From positions 33,656 through 97,655 of the forward strand of contig JAJDBV010000006.1 in the NCBI GenBank assembly GCA_029261165.1: 64,000 bases of DNA. Reading direction: 5' to 3'. A program made the translations under genes and the position numbers. The notes under the pieces were generated by a model. That model searched no databases, was not told the DNA's origin, and saw only the letters and a list, made by a program, of their open reading frames with translations. Shown here piece after piece: positions 48,426 to 59,314 of the stretch. The stretch's first letter is position 1. Every line of letters starts with the position of its first letter. The DNA is from Nitrospirota bacterium. Its GTDB lineage: Bacteria; Nitrospirota; Nitrospiria; SBBL01; JAADHI01.

Positions 48426-50320
48426 GTGACTTTCCCTTCTGGAGTAACTGGAATTTCAATAAATAGGGTCGTTCCCTTCCCTTCGTTATTTTTCACGTAG
48501 ATTTTCCCCCCATGACTTGTGATAATTCGATGAGAGATTGCCAACCCCAGGCCTGTACCCCCCGGCTTCGTTGTAAAGAAGGGGCGGAACATGCTTTTCA
48601 TCGCTTCGGGTGAAATTCCCGGTCCTGTGTCAGAGACACGGAGGATGACGTGATTATGAGAGATTTTTGATCGGATTGTCAATTCTCCTCTTCCTTTCAT
48701 CGCCTGAACGCCATTAAGAATCACATTAATGAGCACACGTCTGAATTCATACGGATCGACACAGATCTTTGGGATATCCTCGGGTATCTGTTTTAGGACA
48801 CGAAGGTTCCCTTCGTTTACACCTGGAATGGCGATTCCAAGGGCAGCTTCTATTATTTCATCAACATCCGTCGGTTCGGGGTGGATTTGCGGAGGTCTGG
48901 CGAAGCTAAGAAAATCGGTCACGAATCGATTTAGATGACCGACCTCATCAACCACTTCTCCCGCCAGTTCCTTTTCGGCCTCTCCCTTGGTCTTACGAGA
49001 AAGCATTTGAACAAGGGTTTGAATTGCGGCGAGAGGATTTCGAATTTCATGGGCGACGCCAGCCGAAAGTTCTCCAAGCATGGCAAGCTGTTCTTTCATT
49101 TTGATCTCTTCCTGAAGTTTTCTTATTTCGGTCCTGTCTGAGAAGACGGCAGTGGCACCGATCTGTTTCCCTTTCGCATCCCGCAGAATGGAACCAACGA
49201 TCCCGATCCATTGTTTTTCATCAGAAGAACCATTAATGGGAATTTCATCACGAAAGGTCTCACGTTCAGTCGCGAGTGTGCTCAAGATGATTTCACCAAG
49301 GGCTTGAAATGACCCCAGACCTGTCTTGATTTTCTTGCCCATCAAGTCGACTGCGGTTATTCCCAGGATTTCTTCCGCAGCGCGATTGCACGAAGTGACT
49401 CGGCCCTTGAGATCGATGCTGATCACCCCGCTGGGTATACTTTTTAAAAGGGTTTGGCTGTAGCCCTCTAATTCTTCTGCCCGGCTCTTCTCTTCCTGAT
49501 ACATCTTCTTCAGTAAGGTGTCTTTGAGTTTGAGTTGGTCTATCATCTGGTTAAAGTGTTTCCCTAAATCTCCCAATTCGTCATGTCGAGAAAGTTTGAC
49601 CTTTGGGTAGATGCCCTCTTTTCCAACTTGTTCCGTGGCGGTTGCAAGTTGCTGGATGGGTTGGATCATCGATCTGGAGAGGGCGAAGCTGATAAGAACA
49701 ATACATCCGGCACAGATGAGCGTGATCCATAAGATTTGCCCCTGGATCTGTTCCATAATCAGCATGAAATCGACGCCAACCTCGACACCAACGGCTGCGA
49801 TAATTTCACTCTGGCCGTTTCGTATCGGAGCGTACCCGGTTTTGTAAAACCTTCCATCCATCCCCCGGTATAAGATAGAAGAGACGCTGGTGCCGGTCCA
49901 GACCTTCTCTAATTCGAGCGCATCGATTTGAAGGAGGAGGTTTTCCTCACCGATCCTCTGAGTTTCGTCAAGGTCGACGATCATCTGATTATTTCTATTG
50001 AAGAGGTGGATGTCTTTAATCTGTGTTGACTCTTTGACTGTTGTAAGTTCCTTTAAGATGAGGCGGTATAGCGAGGTATCTTCGTCCCCTGGTTGAATAC
50101 GGAGGAGGAAGTTTGGATTAACCGATTGGGCAACGATATGAGCAACCCCGACCAGACGGCGGGAAAGCTCCACATCGAGCGCATTTTTTGAAAAATTGTA
50201 GAAAAACCACCCGCTCAGAGAAAGGACGGTCGTGATCAGGAAGGTGTACGGGATGATAAACTTGATGAATAATCGGCTCTTAAAAGTATGAAGCCTTTTT
50301 CCTGAATCATCATTCCTCAT
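48422..50320 (-). CDS. sensor histidine kinase (periplasmic domain-HAMP-PAS-HisKA-HATPase)
   Basis: Two TM segments flank a ~150-aa periplasmic domain. Has HAMP, PAS, an H-box AGVAHEIRNPL and HATPase (DTGPGI..GTGLGL). It overlaps the regulator gene by 4 nt. Confidence 0.9.
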   Translation of the reverse strand: MRNDDSGKRLHTFKSRLFIKFIIPYTFLITTVLSLSGWFFYNFSKNALDVELSRRLVGVAHIVAQSVNPNFLLRIQPGDEDTSLYRLILKELTTVKESTQIKDIHLFNRNNQMIVDLDETQRIGEENLLLQIDALELEKVWTGTSVSSILYRGMDGRFYKTGYAPIRNGQSEIIAAVGVEVGVDFMLIMEQIQGQILWITLICAGCIVLISFALSRSMIQPIQQLATATEQVGKEGIYPKVKLSRHDELGDLGKHFNQMIDQLKLKDTLLKKMYQEEKSRAEELEGYSQTLLKSIPSGVISIDLKGRVTSCNRAAEEILGITAVDLMGKKIKTGLGSFQALGEIILSTLATERETFRDEIPINGSSDEKQWIGIVGSILRDAKGKQIGATAVFSDRTEIRKLQEEIKMKEQLAMLGELSAGVAHEIRNPLAAIQTLVQMLSRKTKGEAEKELAGEVVDEVGHLNRFVTDFLSFARPPQIHPEPTDVDEIIEAALGIAIPGVNEGNLRVLKQIPEDIPKICVDPYEFRRVLINVILNGVQAMKGRGELTIRSKISHNHVILRVSDTGPGISPEAMKSMFRPFFTTKPGGTGLGLAISHRIITSHGGKIYVKNNEGKGTTLFIEIPVTPEGKVT

Positions 50321-50377
50321 GCGTCAGAAATGTATCATAAAGGGGTGTCGGGAACAAGGAAACCGGGGAATGGGCTG

Positions 50378-51109
50378 TTATTTTCGCAACTTCTTGAAGA
50401 GTTCGGTCTTTTCTTCGCCTGTGACGACAGATGGAGGAGAGCTTTCAAACCAAACACAATTACGACCGAGCGCCTTGGCATGGTAAAGATTTTTGTCTGC
50501 AACTGCAACCAGCGTTCTCGGGTCCATCTGCCGTCCCGGCAATGTGCATGCGATGCCAATGCTGACGGTGACCATGACCATAGTTTTCTCATTGATCGGA
50601 ATTTCTACCTTGGCGATCTTGGCGCGAAGCCGTTCGGCAACCTTAGTGGCATTTTCCGCCGAGGAGTTCGGCAGTATCATGGCGAATTCTTCTCCCCCAA
50701 AACGAGCGACCGTATCCATGGGTCGAAGGTTCTCCTTTAAAATATTCGCAACGGCTTCTAATACAACATTCCCCGCAAGGTGTCCTCTCTGATCATTGAC
50801 TTTCTTGAAGTGGTCCAAGTCAAGCATGAAGAGGGAGCACGTTTCTCCGGACCGGGCGGCCCGTTGGACCTCCCGTTCGAGGGCAATCCGGAAGTATCGG
50901 GCATTGCTGAGCCCTGTCAGGCCATCGTGCATGGAGAGTTCACAGAGCGAGTCGACCACACGTTGAAGGAGCTTTGCGCCGTCCACATTCTCCGAATCCG
51001 GATCAGAGTAGCCAGCGTGGCGAAGCAGGTCAAGTGCTTCCTTCAAATCGACACCTTCGTGAAGGCTCTCAGGTTTTTTCGAGGTTTTTTTACTTTCTAA
51101 GGTAGACAC
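50378..51109 (-). CDS. GGDEF diguanylate cyclase with I-site
   Basis: DGLTGLSNARYF, RFGGEEF with RPMD (RxxD) 5 residues upstream, and a short N-terminus with no sensor domain. Confidence 0.9.
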   Translation of the reverse strand: MSTLESKKTSKKPESLHEGVDLKEALDLLRHAGYSDPDSENVDGAKLLQRVVDSLCELSMHDGLTGLSNARYFRIALEREVQRAARSGETCSLFMLDLDHFKKVNDQRGHLAGNVVLEAVANILKENLRPMDTVARFGGEEFAMILPNSSAENATKVAERLRAKIAKVEIPINEKTMVMVTVSIGIACTLPGRQMDPRTLVAVADKNLYHAKALGRNCVWFESSPPSVVTGEEKTELFKKLRK

Positions 51110-51573
51110 GGGGCAAGGTACCTATCGTTTTTGAAGAACCCCACCGCAGAGCGGAGAGGATTTTCCGATCCGAAAAGGGGGAGACGTTATATCTATTCAT
51201 TTGCTGAACCCCGCCCTTGAAGGGCGAGTACCAGACTCGTTATGACTGACCAAGATAGCTGTTTTGACTTTTTCTGTCAACAAGAAGACCCGCCACAGAA
51301 TTGACTCAAATAAAATATTACCGAAACGGTGTCGGAGGAGAGATCGTTGATTCATCATGTATGTTAACCAGGGATCTCTATAAAGGAGGGTACTATGTGT
51401 GAGTTCACGATCAAAAAGGAATATTAGCAATTCGTCCATCGATGTGACAAGAACGTCACTTGGCGCGTGAAGTCCTTTCCCCTCAAGTGGTTTTTTAATT
51501 ATTCCGAAGACATCACTGAATACATTATATTGAGGATGAACACCTTTTATCCTACTACCTGTTGATTTTTTTC

Positions 51574-51602
51574 TTGATTGTTCAGGTTTTTATTGATATA
51601 AA
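51574..51602 (+). promoter_or_regulatory. candidate sigma-70 promoter of scpAB
   Basis: TTGATT (51574-51579), a 17-nt spacer, then TATAAA (51597-51602), in an AT-rich tract. Confidence 0.4.
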
Positions 51603-51625
51603 ATATTGTTATTAGTCTGTTCTGA

Positions 51626-52408
51626 ATGGAGCCATTCTTGGAAGTCAAAGTATCCCTTGAAGAATCTTGCGAGGTGAAAGTCGGAACTTTTGAGGGCCCA
51701 TTGGAACTCCTTCTTCACCTCATTAAGAAGAACGAGATTAATCTTTATGATATTCCCATTGCGCTGATCACGAAGCAATATATAGAGACGCTTGATTTAA
51801 TGAAGGCACTCAACCTCTCCATTGCTGGAGAGTTTTTGGTCATGGCCGCAACACTGATCCATATAAAATCAAAAATGCTTCTACCCCTTCCTGATCCGGA
51901 AGAGGAGGGGGAACAAGTCGATCCGCGCCAGGAACTTATCTGGCGTCTCCTGGAATATAAACGCTTCAAAGATGCTGCATCAAGTCTGGAAGATCGCGAG
52001 ACGGAGTGGCGTGAGGTCTTTCGGCGTGGGCCTGAGCCTTCCGTAGTGCTTCCTCCAGACGAGGTTTCCCTCGGAGATGTGAGTTTGTATGAACTTTTTG
52101 ACGCGTTTCAAGACGTCCTGTCCCGGAAAAAGGATGAGTCTTTCCTGGATATATCTCCCGACACACTTTCGGTGAAAGAACAGATGCAGTTTCTGATTGA
52201 GCGGATTGGTTCTGTTGATAATCTCCTTTTTGAAGAACTTTTTCTGGAGATGATAACGCGGCGTATTGTCATTGTCACTTTTGTTGCCCTCCTTGAGGTG
52301 ATTCGATTAGGGTTGATCCGTATCCTGCAGGGAGAAGTTTGTGGACCGCTTCGACTGATGAAAACAAAAAACCTGGTAATAGAGGGTGAATCTGATGGAA
52401 GACCATGA
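51626..52408 (+). CDS. scpA: segregation and condensation protein A (ScpA)
   Basis: FEGPLELLLHLIKKNEINLYDIPIALIT..AGEFLVMAATLIHIKS. Confidence 0.9.
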   Translation: MEPFLEVKVSLEESCEVKVGTFEGPLELLLHLIKKNEINLYDIPIALITKQYIETLDLMKALNLSIAGEFLVMAATLIHIKSKMLLPLPDPEEEGEQVDPRQELIWRLLEYKRFKDAASSLEDRETEWREVFRRGPEPSVVLPPDEVSLGDVSLYELFDAFQDVLSRKKDESFLDISPDTLSVKEQMQFLIERIGSVDNLLFEELFLEMITRRIVIVTFVALLEVIRLGLIRILQGEVCGPLRLMKTKNLVIEGESDGRP

Positions 52409-53105
52409 ATTAAAACCGATTGTCGAAGCACTGTTCTTTGTCTCCGGAGATCCTCTTCCTGTCGACCGTCTTCGCGATATCGTCAAGGGTGTTGATAAGA
52501 AGCGGATCCTTGTTGTGATTGAAGCGCTTCAAGGAGAGTATGATCAAGCGAACCGAGGGATCCATTTGGCCGAAGTCGCCGGTGGCTACCAGCTTGTGAC
52601 ACGTCCTGAGATGGCCCCCTGGATAAAGGAAATGGAGAAAATCAGGACGGCATCACGTCTCTCAAGACCCGGACTGGAAACCCTTGCGATTGTGGCATAC
52701 AAACAACCGGTTACGCGTGGTGAAATTGAGATGGTCCGTGGGGTTGACGCGGCCGGGGTGCTAAAGACTTTGATGGAAAGGAAACTGATCAAGATTGTCG
52801 GCAGGAAAGAGGCCCCAGGGCGTCCGATGATGTATGGGACGACGCGTCAGTTTTTAGAATATTTTGGCTTGGCCAGTCTTTCCGGCCTTCCGACACTAAA
52901 AGAATTCTCAGAAGTTGCCGAGGCGACCGGGGAGGGGGAGGCCTTTCTGGCCTCTGCTGTGAATGGCAACGGCAACATGACAGATCGTTCAAAGGAAGGC
53001 CAGCTAGAAGGTGGGCAAGACGAGGAAGTCCTTCGCGTTTCTATTGAAACTTCTGAAACTGCGGAAGAAGTTGAGACCACTGAAGCCCTACCGAACCGCG
53101 TTTAA
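52386..53105 (+). CDS. scpB: segregation and condensation protein B (ScpB)
   Basis: IVEALFFVSGDPL..GYQLVTRPE..LSRPGLETLAIVAYKQPVTRGEIEMVRGVD..GRKEAPGRPMMYGTT. It has an acidic tail and overlaps scpA. Confidence 0.9.
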   Translation: MNLMEDHELKPIVEALFFVSGDPLPVDRLRDIVKGVDKKRILVVIEALQGEYDQANRGIHLAEVAGGYQLVTRPEMAPWIKEMEKIRTASRLSRPGLETLAIVAYKQPVTRGEIEMVRGVDAAGVLKTLMERKLIKIVGRKEAPGRPMMYGTTRQFLEYFGLASLSGLPTLKEFSEVAEATGEGEAFLASAVNGNGNMTDRSKEGQLEGGQDEEVLRVSIETSETAEEVETTEALPNRV

Positions 53106-53134
53106 TCCTGTCCAAATAATCTATCCTATATAAA

Positions 53135-53284
53135 CTATTCAGCCTGCCTAGATTTTCCTTCAGGGCAAGGCGCGAGGAGCACGGAACCACAACGTATGTG
53201 ACTATACGTGAGGATTTGAGCACCGCAGCAACGTAGTCATGGAGGGATGGGTCTCGCGAAGCCAAAGAGGGGTGTGCTGAATAG
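53135..53284 (-). repeat. MITE/REP-like palindromic intergenic repeat, copy C (150 bp, inverted relative to A/B)
   Basis: Its reverse complement is colinear with copy B (~85% identical) plus an 18-nt insertion carrying GGCTTCGCGAGACC. It sits between convergent scpB and accA. Confidence 0.8.
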
Positions 53285-53300
53285 TATTACAGAATACCCA

Positions 53301-54272
53301 TCACTGCGTTTCCTCTTCTTCCGTGTAAGCGCCGATGTTGCGAATCCGTTGGTAGCGCTGCTTCAATCTTTCTTCAGCCGGGATGGCTTCGAGTTTTGGA
53401 AGGTGATTGCCAATGGCTTTTGAGATCAGGGAAGCCGCTTTTTCCGGGTCGTGGTGTGCGCCGCCCTTAGGCTCCGGAATAATTTCTTCAATAATTCCGA
53501 GCTGGTGAAGATCCTTGGCCGTCATTTTAAGTGCTTCCGCGGCATCCTCGGTCTTGGTGGCATCGTTCCAGAGAATGGCGGCGCAGCCTTCGGGAGAGAT
53601 CACGGAGTAGATGGCGTATTCGAGCATAATAATCTTGTCGGCAACAGAAACAGCGAGGGCTCCCCCACTTCCGCCTTCTCCAATCACGACAGATATAATC
53701 GGTACATTCAGCTGGGACATGACCATTAAGTTTCTGGCGATCGCTTCCGATTGTCCTCTTTCTTCCGCACCGACGCCGGGATAAGCCCCGGGTGTGTCGA
53801 TAAAGGTAATGATTGGCTTGTTAAACTTTTCGGCCAACTGCATCACCCGAAGTGCCTTCCGATAGCCCTCCGGATGGGGCATGCCGAAGTTTCTCGTGAT
53901 ACGTTCTTTGACGCCTTTTCCTTTCTGATGGCCGATAATGACAACAGAGTGACCATCCAAACGGGCCAGTCCGGCTGTCATCGACTTGTCATCCCCAAAG
54001 AGTCGGTCTCCATGTAATTCAATGAAGTCCTCAAAGATCATATTGATGTAGTCTGCCGTATTCGGACGGTTGGGATGTCGGGCCAGCTGAGCGATCTGCC
54101 AGGGGGATAGTTTAGAAAAGATATCCTCTTGAAGCGTGGCCATCTTTTTCTGAAGTTTACGTATTTCTTTTGTCCGACTTGAATCTGTCTTGCTGAGATC
54201 CCGGAGCCGATTGATCTTTTCCTGTAATTCTATGATCGGTTTTTCAAACTCTAAGTGTTCATTCACAAGCAT
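53301..54272 (-). CDS. accA: acetyl-CoA carboxylase carboxyltransferase alpha subunit AccA
   Basis: [14 protein letters not shown].., [22 protein letters not shown]. The internal Met at 54272 matches the family N-terminus and removes the overlap with dnaE. Confidence 0.9.
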   Translation of the reverse strand: MLVNEHLEFEKPIIELQEKINRLRDLSKTDSSRTKEIRKLQKKMATLQEDIFSKLSPWQIAQLARHPNRPNTADYINMIFEDFIELHGDRLFGDDKSMTAGLARLDGHSVVIIGHQKGKGVKERITRNFGMPHPEGYRKALRVMQLAEKFNKPIITFIDTPGAYPGVGAEERGQSEAIARNLMVMSQLNVPIISVVIGEGGSGGALAVSVADKIIMLEYAIYSVISPEGCAAILWNDATKTEDAAEALKMTAKDLHQLGIIEEIIPEPKGGAHHDPEKAASLISKAIGNHLPKLEAIPAEERLKQRYQRIRNIGAYTEEEETQ

Positions 54273-54279
54273 ACCCTCA

Positions 54280-57200
54280 TCACGGAGCCTGGACGCCTTC
54301 CGGCTGTGTGCTGGAATCCGGAGCCCAATCGTCTTGAACGGCACCTATACCAAAGCACGTTTCGACTTCATCTGTCAATTGGTCGGACCCGTCTACGTAA
54401 AACTTTGAATCGATTGCGATAACCGACTCTGTCGGTGGTCCAGCCGGTTCCGAGGTCGTAATCTTCAGATAAACAGGCAGAGATCCAGGGCATCGGAGCA
54501 AAATCTGATGCAAGCGCTCAATCTCCCGGGGGCGCACCTTGTCGGCTGAAAGTGTAATGGTCACATTGGTCTTCACCTGTAGGGGAACAACAGCCGTCGC
54601 CTTCATTTTAACGCCTTTTTCAGCGCGGTCAACCGACCCGACAAAAAGTAATGGGATATCCTGCTTAAAAAGGGGCGCAGTTTTTTGATAAAGGTCAGGG
54701 AAAATAATTACTTCTACGCTTCCGCTCAGGTCTTCTATGCGAAGATAGGCCATTCGGTCACCTCGCTTTGTCGTGGTGACTTTTTCCTGGACCACCATCC
54801 CGCAGAACCGTACAGCGCGGTTGTCCTCAAGCGATTCTAAGGCTTCTGTCGGGGTGGCAAGGCGCTTTTTCATGAGTGCTTCAAAACGGTTCAGTGGATG
54901 GCATGTAATATAGAACCCAAGCGCCTCTTTTTCGAGCTTCGCAATTTGGCTGTCGCTCCACTCCTGAACATCCTGAAGTGGGGGTTCCGCTGGGTACTCA
55001 AGGTTTTCTGATTGGTCCGCAAAAAAGGTCATCTGGCCGGTTTCCTTTACACGCTGGTATTGTCCGCCCTCCTGGATGGCCTGTTCGAGATGTTCCATCA
55101 GAGCAGCCCGTTTGGCCTTTGTCGAATCAAAAGCGCCGCTCTTGATCAATCCTTCGATCACACGTTTGTTTGTTTTACGAAGGTCTATCTTTCTGCAAAA
55201 ATCGAAGAGTGAGGTAAACCGCCCCTCTTTGTGGCGGACGGTCAGGACAGAATCAATCGCACCGCCGCCGACATTTTTTATTGCGCCCAGGCCAAAGCGG
55301 ATCCCGTCCGATACAACGGTAAAATCCTTGTTGCTTTCATTGACATCGGGAGGAAGGATTTTTATCCCCATCTTCCGGCATTCCGTAATATATTTAACCA
55401 CTTTATCGGAATTACCCATTTCGCAAGAAAGGAGTGCCGTCATAAATTCGGCAGGATGATGGGTTTTTAAGTAAGCCGTATGGAATGTAATGAGCGCGTA
55501 TGCGGCGGAATGGGATTTGTTGAATCCATACCCGGCAAAAAATTCCATCAGATCGAAGATCTTTTCCGCCTTGGCCGCCGTGGTCCCTTTCTTTGTTGCC
55601 CGTTCGATAAAGATGGTTTTTTGCGCGGCCATTTCTTCCGCCTTTTTCTTTCCCATTGCCCTTCGAAGCAGGTCGGCTTCTCCCAGCGAGAAGCCTCCGA
55701 CAACATTGGCAATTTTCATGACCTGTTCCTGATAAACAATGACGCCATAGGTCTCTTTTAAGATATCCTGGAGCTGGGGAATTTCGTAGCGAATTTTTTT
55801 CTTGCCCTGTTTCCTCTTGATAAAATCATCGACCATGCCACTTCCGATCGGTCCGGGTCGATAGAGGGCAAGGATTGCGACGATATCTTCAAAGGTTTCC
55901 GGCTTCATTTTGATCAGCAGGTCCACCATCCCGGAGCTTTCCAGTTGAAAGATCCCTGTCGTGTTTCCTGATCCCAATAAGGCATAAGTCTTCAGATCCT
56001 CCAGGGAGATATCTTCTAGAAGAAGGGGCGAGGTGGGGAGAGGGTCTGAGGATTTCTTTTCATTGACCAGGCGGAGCGCATGATCAATGACTGTGAGTGT
56101 TCTGAGTCCGAGAAAGTCGAATTTGACGAGACCTATTTTTTCAATATCTCCCATAGCAAATTGGGTGACGATTTCACCCTTGTTCCCGCGATAGAGCGGG
56201 ACATGGTCCGATAAAGGCGCATCTGAGATGACGACTCCCGCTGCATGTGTTGAGGCGTGGCGGGCCAGTCCTTCCAGCTGCTTGGCGAGTGTGATCATCT
56301 CGGCAATGTTGGTATCTTTTTCTGCAGATTCCGTGAGCTTCGTTTCCTGAGAAAGCGCTTCATCAAGTGTGATATTCAATGTGTTTGGAATGAGCTTTGC
56401 CAGGCGATCGACTTCGGCATAGGGGATTTCCAGAACACGTCCGACATCACGGATCGCTCCTTTTGCGGCCATGGTCCCAAAAGTAATAATCTGGCAGACA
56501 TGTTCCGAGCCGTATTTTTCAGTCACATAATGGAGGACTTCTTCGCGCCGATCCATGCAGAAATCCATGTCGATATCCGGCAGGGTCACACGCTCCGGAT
56601 TAAGGAAGCGCTCAAAAATCAAACCGTTTGAGATAGGGTCAATGTCGGTGATGGCCAGTGCATAGGCCACGAGGCTTCCTGCCGCCGATCCGCGTCCGGG
56701 ACCGACGGGGATGTTGGATACGCGGGCATAGTTGATAATGTCCCAGACAATGAGAAAATATCCGGCATAACCCATGGCATTGAGGATGTCGAGCTCTTTC
56801 TTGAGACGGTCTTCATAGATCGGACGGAGCGTGGCGGCCTGGCCGTTCATGTGGTTCAGTCGGCGCTCAAGCCCCTCTTGTGCAAGTGAGGCCAGGTAAG
56901 CCTCACGCGTCGTCCCTGGAGGGGTTTTATAATCGGGAAGATGAAATTTTCCAAATTCCAGCTTGAGATCGACCATGTCGGCAATGCGGGCCGTATTGGT
57001 CACTGCGTTGGGAAGTTCTGAGAAGGCCCGGGTCATTTCCTCTGCAGATTTGAAGTAGAGCTGCTCGGTTTGAAACTTCATCCGGTTTGGCATGTTGACC
57101 GTTTTCCCGGTCTGAAGACAGAGCATCACGTCATGCGCCCGTGCATCACCCTTATGGAGGTAGTGGCAATCATTTGTCGCCACAAGCGGAATATCGAAAC

Positions 57201-57825
57201 GTTTTGAAAGTGCAACTAATTTTCGGTTGGCCTCTATTTGAAGGTCGAGACCATTGTCCTGGATCTCAATGAAAAAGTTTTCCTTCCCAAAGATCTCCTG
57301 ATATTCGTGGGCTGCTTCAACCGCTTCTTTATCATGTCCTCGGGTAAGCAGGTAGGGAATTTCCCCGCGAAGGCATCCGGAGAGCGCGATGAGCCCGTCA
57401 TGATGCTCCCGCAGGATCTCCTTATCGACTCGTGGTTTGTAATAAAATCCTTCAATATTTGCGAGGGTAACGAGTTTGATCAGGTTTTTATATCCTGAAT
57501 GATTGGCCGCAAGGAGGATGAGGTGGTAGTAGGGATTGGAGCCGCCGACATGTTCGTAATCGTCCTCATGGACGCCGTGGCCCTCTTTGTCAAAGCGGCT
57601 CCTCGGTGCAAGATAAACTTCGCAGCCGATGATCGGTTTCATCCCGGCCTTTGTTGTCTTCTGGTAGAATTCGATGGCCCCGAAAAGGTTCCCATGGTCG
57701 GTAATGGAGACGGCGGGCATCCCCATGTCCTTGGCGGCTGAAATCAGAGGGGTGATCTTGTTTGCCCCGTCCAGAAGGCTGTATTCAGTATGCAGATGGA
57801 GATGGACAAAATCTTGAACAGACAT
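54280..57825 (-). CDS. dnaE: DNA polymerase III alpha subunit DnaE
   Basis: PHP domain [15 protein letters not shown], polymerase core (PDIDMDF.., GLLKFDFLGL-type FDFLGLRTL) and an OB-fold C-terminus. The start is probably the second Met (57825). Confidence 0.95.
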   Translation of the reverse strand: MSVQDFVHLHLHTEYSLLDGANKITPLISAAKDMGMPAVSITDHGNLFGAIEFYQKTTKAGMKPIIGCEVYLAPRSRFDKEGHGVHEDDYEHVGGSNPYYHLILLAANHSGYKNLIKLVTLANIEGFYYKPRVDKEILREHHDGLIALSGCLRGEIPYLLTRGHDKEAVEAAHEYQEIFGKENFFIEIQDNGLDLQIEANRKLVALSKRFDIPLVATNDCHYLHKGDARAHDVMLCLQTGKTVNMPNRMKFQTEQLYFKSAEEMTRAFSELPNAVTNTARIADMVDLKLEFGKFHLPDYKTPPGTTREAYLASLAQEGLERRLNHMNGQAATLRPIYEDRLKKELDILNAMGYAGYFLIVWDIINYARVSNIPVGPGRGSAAGSLVAYALAITDIDPISNGLIFERFLNPERVTLPDIDMDFCMDRREEVLHYVTEKYGSEHVCQIITFGTMAAKGAIRDVGRVLEIPYAEVDRLAKLIPNTLNITLDEALSQETKLTESAEKDTNIAEMITLAKQLEGLARHASTHAAGVVISDAPLSDHVPLYRGNKGEIVTQFAMGDIEKIGLVKFDFLGLRTLTVIDHALRLVNEKKSSDPLPTSPLLLEDISLEDLKTYALLGSGNTTGIFQLESSGMVDLLIKMKPETFEDIVAILALYRPGPIGSGMVDDFIKRKQGKKKIRYEIPQLQDILKETYGVIVYQEQVMKIANVVGGFSLGEADLLRRAMGKKKAEEMAAQKTIFIERATKKGTTAAKAEKIFDLMEFFAGYGFNKSHSAAYALITFHTAYLKTHHPAEFMTALLSCEMGNSDKVVKYITECRKMGIKILPPDVNESNKDFTVVSDGIRFGLGAIKNVGGGAIDSVLTVRHKEGRFTSLFDFCRKIDLRKTNKRVIEGLIKSGAFDSTKAKRAALMEHLEQAIQEGGQYQRVKETGQMTFFADQSENLEYPAEPPLQDVQEWSDSQIAKLEKEALGFYITCHPLNRFEALMKKRLATPTEALESLEDNRAVRFCGMVVQEKVTTTKRGDRMAYLRIEDLSGSVEVIIFPDLYQKTAPLFKQDIPLLFVGSVDRAEKGVKMKATAVVPLQVKTNVTITLSADKVRPREIERLHQILLRCPGSLPVYLKITTSEPAGPPTESVIAIDSKFYVDGSDQLTDEVETCFGIGAVQDDWAPDSSTQPEGVQAP

Positions 57826-57916
57826 GTGGCATTTTAATGTCCCCACCAAAATAAAGTCAAGGGAATAGGGGGGAGATGAAGGGCTTTGCTGTCTGGGATC
57901 AGCTTTGGAGTGCTCT

Positions 57917-59314
57917 TTATTTCAGGGCGTCGGATATCTTGAGGATGGTGCCTTTGGCGTCCCCGAAGATCATCATGGTGTTTGGACGGATGAAGAGTTC
58001 ATTGTCGATTCCGGCAAAACCGGGACGCATGCTTCTCTTTAAGACCATGACCTGTGTCGATTTGTACGCCCACAAAATCGGCATCCCGGCGATCGGGCTG
58101 TTTGGGTCGGTTTCTGCGCCAGGGTTCACAACATCATTCGCTCCAATGACAAGGGAAATATCGGTGTCTTCAAAGTCGTCATTGATGTCGTCCATATCAA
58201 TCAATTGCTCATAGGGCACGTTGGCTTCGGCCAAAAGGACATTCATATGACCGGGCATTCGGCCCGCCACCGGATGAACGGCATATTGTACCGTGGTGCC
58301 CTGCTTTTCCAGAATCGTGGCCAGATCTTTCACCGCATGTTGCGCCTGGGCGACGGCCATGCCATATCCCGGAACGATGATGACCGACTTTGCCTTCTTG
58401 AAGATAAGGGCGGCTTCTTCAGGGGTTCCACTTATTACTTTGGGTACTTCCTGGCCCTCTACCGGCGCGGGCGCGGCCACAGCCGCTTCCGTCGGGGCTT
58501 CAACCTGACCGAAGGCACCGAACAAGACATTGCTCAAGGACCGGTTCATCGCCTTGCACATCAATTGTGAGAGGATAATTCCTGCCGATCCCACCAGGGC
58601 ACCGCTGATAATGAGGACATTATTGGAGAGGATAAACCCACTTGCCGCGGCGGCAATCCCCGAATATGAATTTAAAAGGGAGATGACCACCGGCATGTCA
58701 GCACCCCCGATGGGGATGACGACCATGATGCCGAGAAAAAAGGCAACACCGACCAGAACGAGAAAGATCATCAGGTTGGCGGGTGCAATAACGAGATAAG
58801 CCACAATGCCAAGAGAAACGAAAAATACCAAGAGGTTGACGATGTTCTGAGCAGGGAATACGATGGGCGCGCCGGACATCAAGCCCTGTAATTTTAAGAA
58901 GGCTATGGCACTGCCCGTCAATGTGACCGTACCAATGAGGACTGTGATCCCGATGGTGCTCATGCTGAAACCGTCTATGTTCGGGGTGAGCTGATAAAAT
59001 GCCGAAGCACCGACAAGGGCGGAAGATAGCCCGCCAAAGCCGTTGAGGAGGGCGACCATCTGAGGCATGTCCGTCATTTCTATCTTCGTGGCCATCAAGG
59101 CCCCGATTGCCGCACCGACAACGATGCCACCCAGAATGAATTTATAATCAATCACGTCGTGGTGGAGCAGGGTGGCCACGACGGCGAGGACCATTCCCCC
59201 TTGAGAGATGGCCATTCCTTTTGTCGCCGTTTTAGGAGAACTTAAAAATTTCAGGCCGAGAATGAAAGACGCGGCTGCCAAAAGATAGGCCACTTCGATA
59301 AAATGGGTCATCAC
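57917..59314 (-). CDS. pntB: NAD(P) transhydrogenase subunit beta PntB
   Basis: Polytopic N-terminus and the dIII NADP(H) domain (IVPGYGMAVAQAQH..AVHPVAGRMPGHMNVLLAEA..GANDVVNP). Confidence 0.95.
   Translation of the reverse strand: MMTHFIEVAYLLAAASFILGLKFLSSPKTATKGMAISQGGMVLAVVATLLHHDVIDYKFILGGIVVGAAIGALMATKIEMTDMPQMVALLNGFGGLSSALVGASAFYQLTPNIDGFSMSTIGITVLIGTVTLTGSAIAFLKLQGLMSGAPIVFPAQNIVNLLVFFVSLGIVAYLVIAPANLMIFLVLVGVAFFLGIMVVIPIGGADMPVVISLLNSYSGIAAAASGFILSNNVLIISGALVGSAGIILSQLMCKAMNRSLSNVLFGAFGQVEAPTEAAVAAPAPVEGQEVPKVISGTPEEAALIFKKAKSVIIVPGYGMAVAQAQHAVKDLATILEKQGTTVQYAVHPVAGRMPGHMNVLLAEANVPYEQLIDMDDINDDFEDTDISLVIGANDVVNPGAETDPNSPIAGMPILWAYKSTQVMVLKRSMRPGFAGIDNELFIRPNTMMIFGDAKGTILKISDALK

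Noticed and set aside
51191-51210. CTATTCATTTGCTGAAC, resembling fused left and right termini of the repeat family (an excision footprint or empty site).
   Set aside because: Only 7+8 nt of partial match with mismatches. This is compatible with chance.
51197-51439. 80-aa minus-strand ORF in the GGDEF / scpA intergenic region.
   Set aside because: No SD, unprotein-like sequence, and it overlaps the better-supported promoter elements.
54273-54344. N-terminal 24-codon extension of accA that would overlap the dnaE 3' end by 65 nt.
   Set aside because: The AccA family N-terminus (..LEFEKPI..) begins just after the internal Met at 54272. Using that Met leaves a clean 7-nt gap to the dnaE stop.
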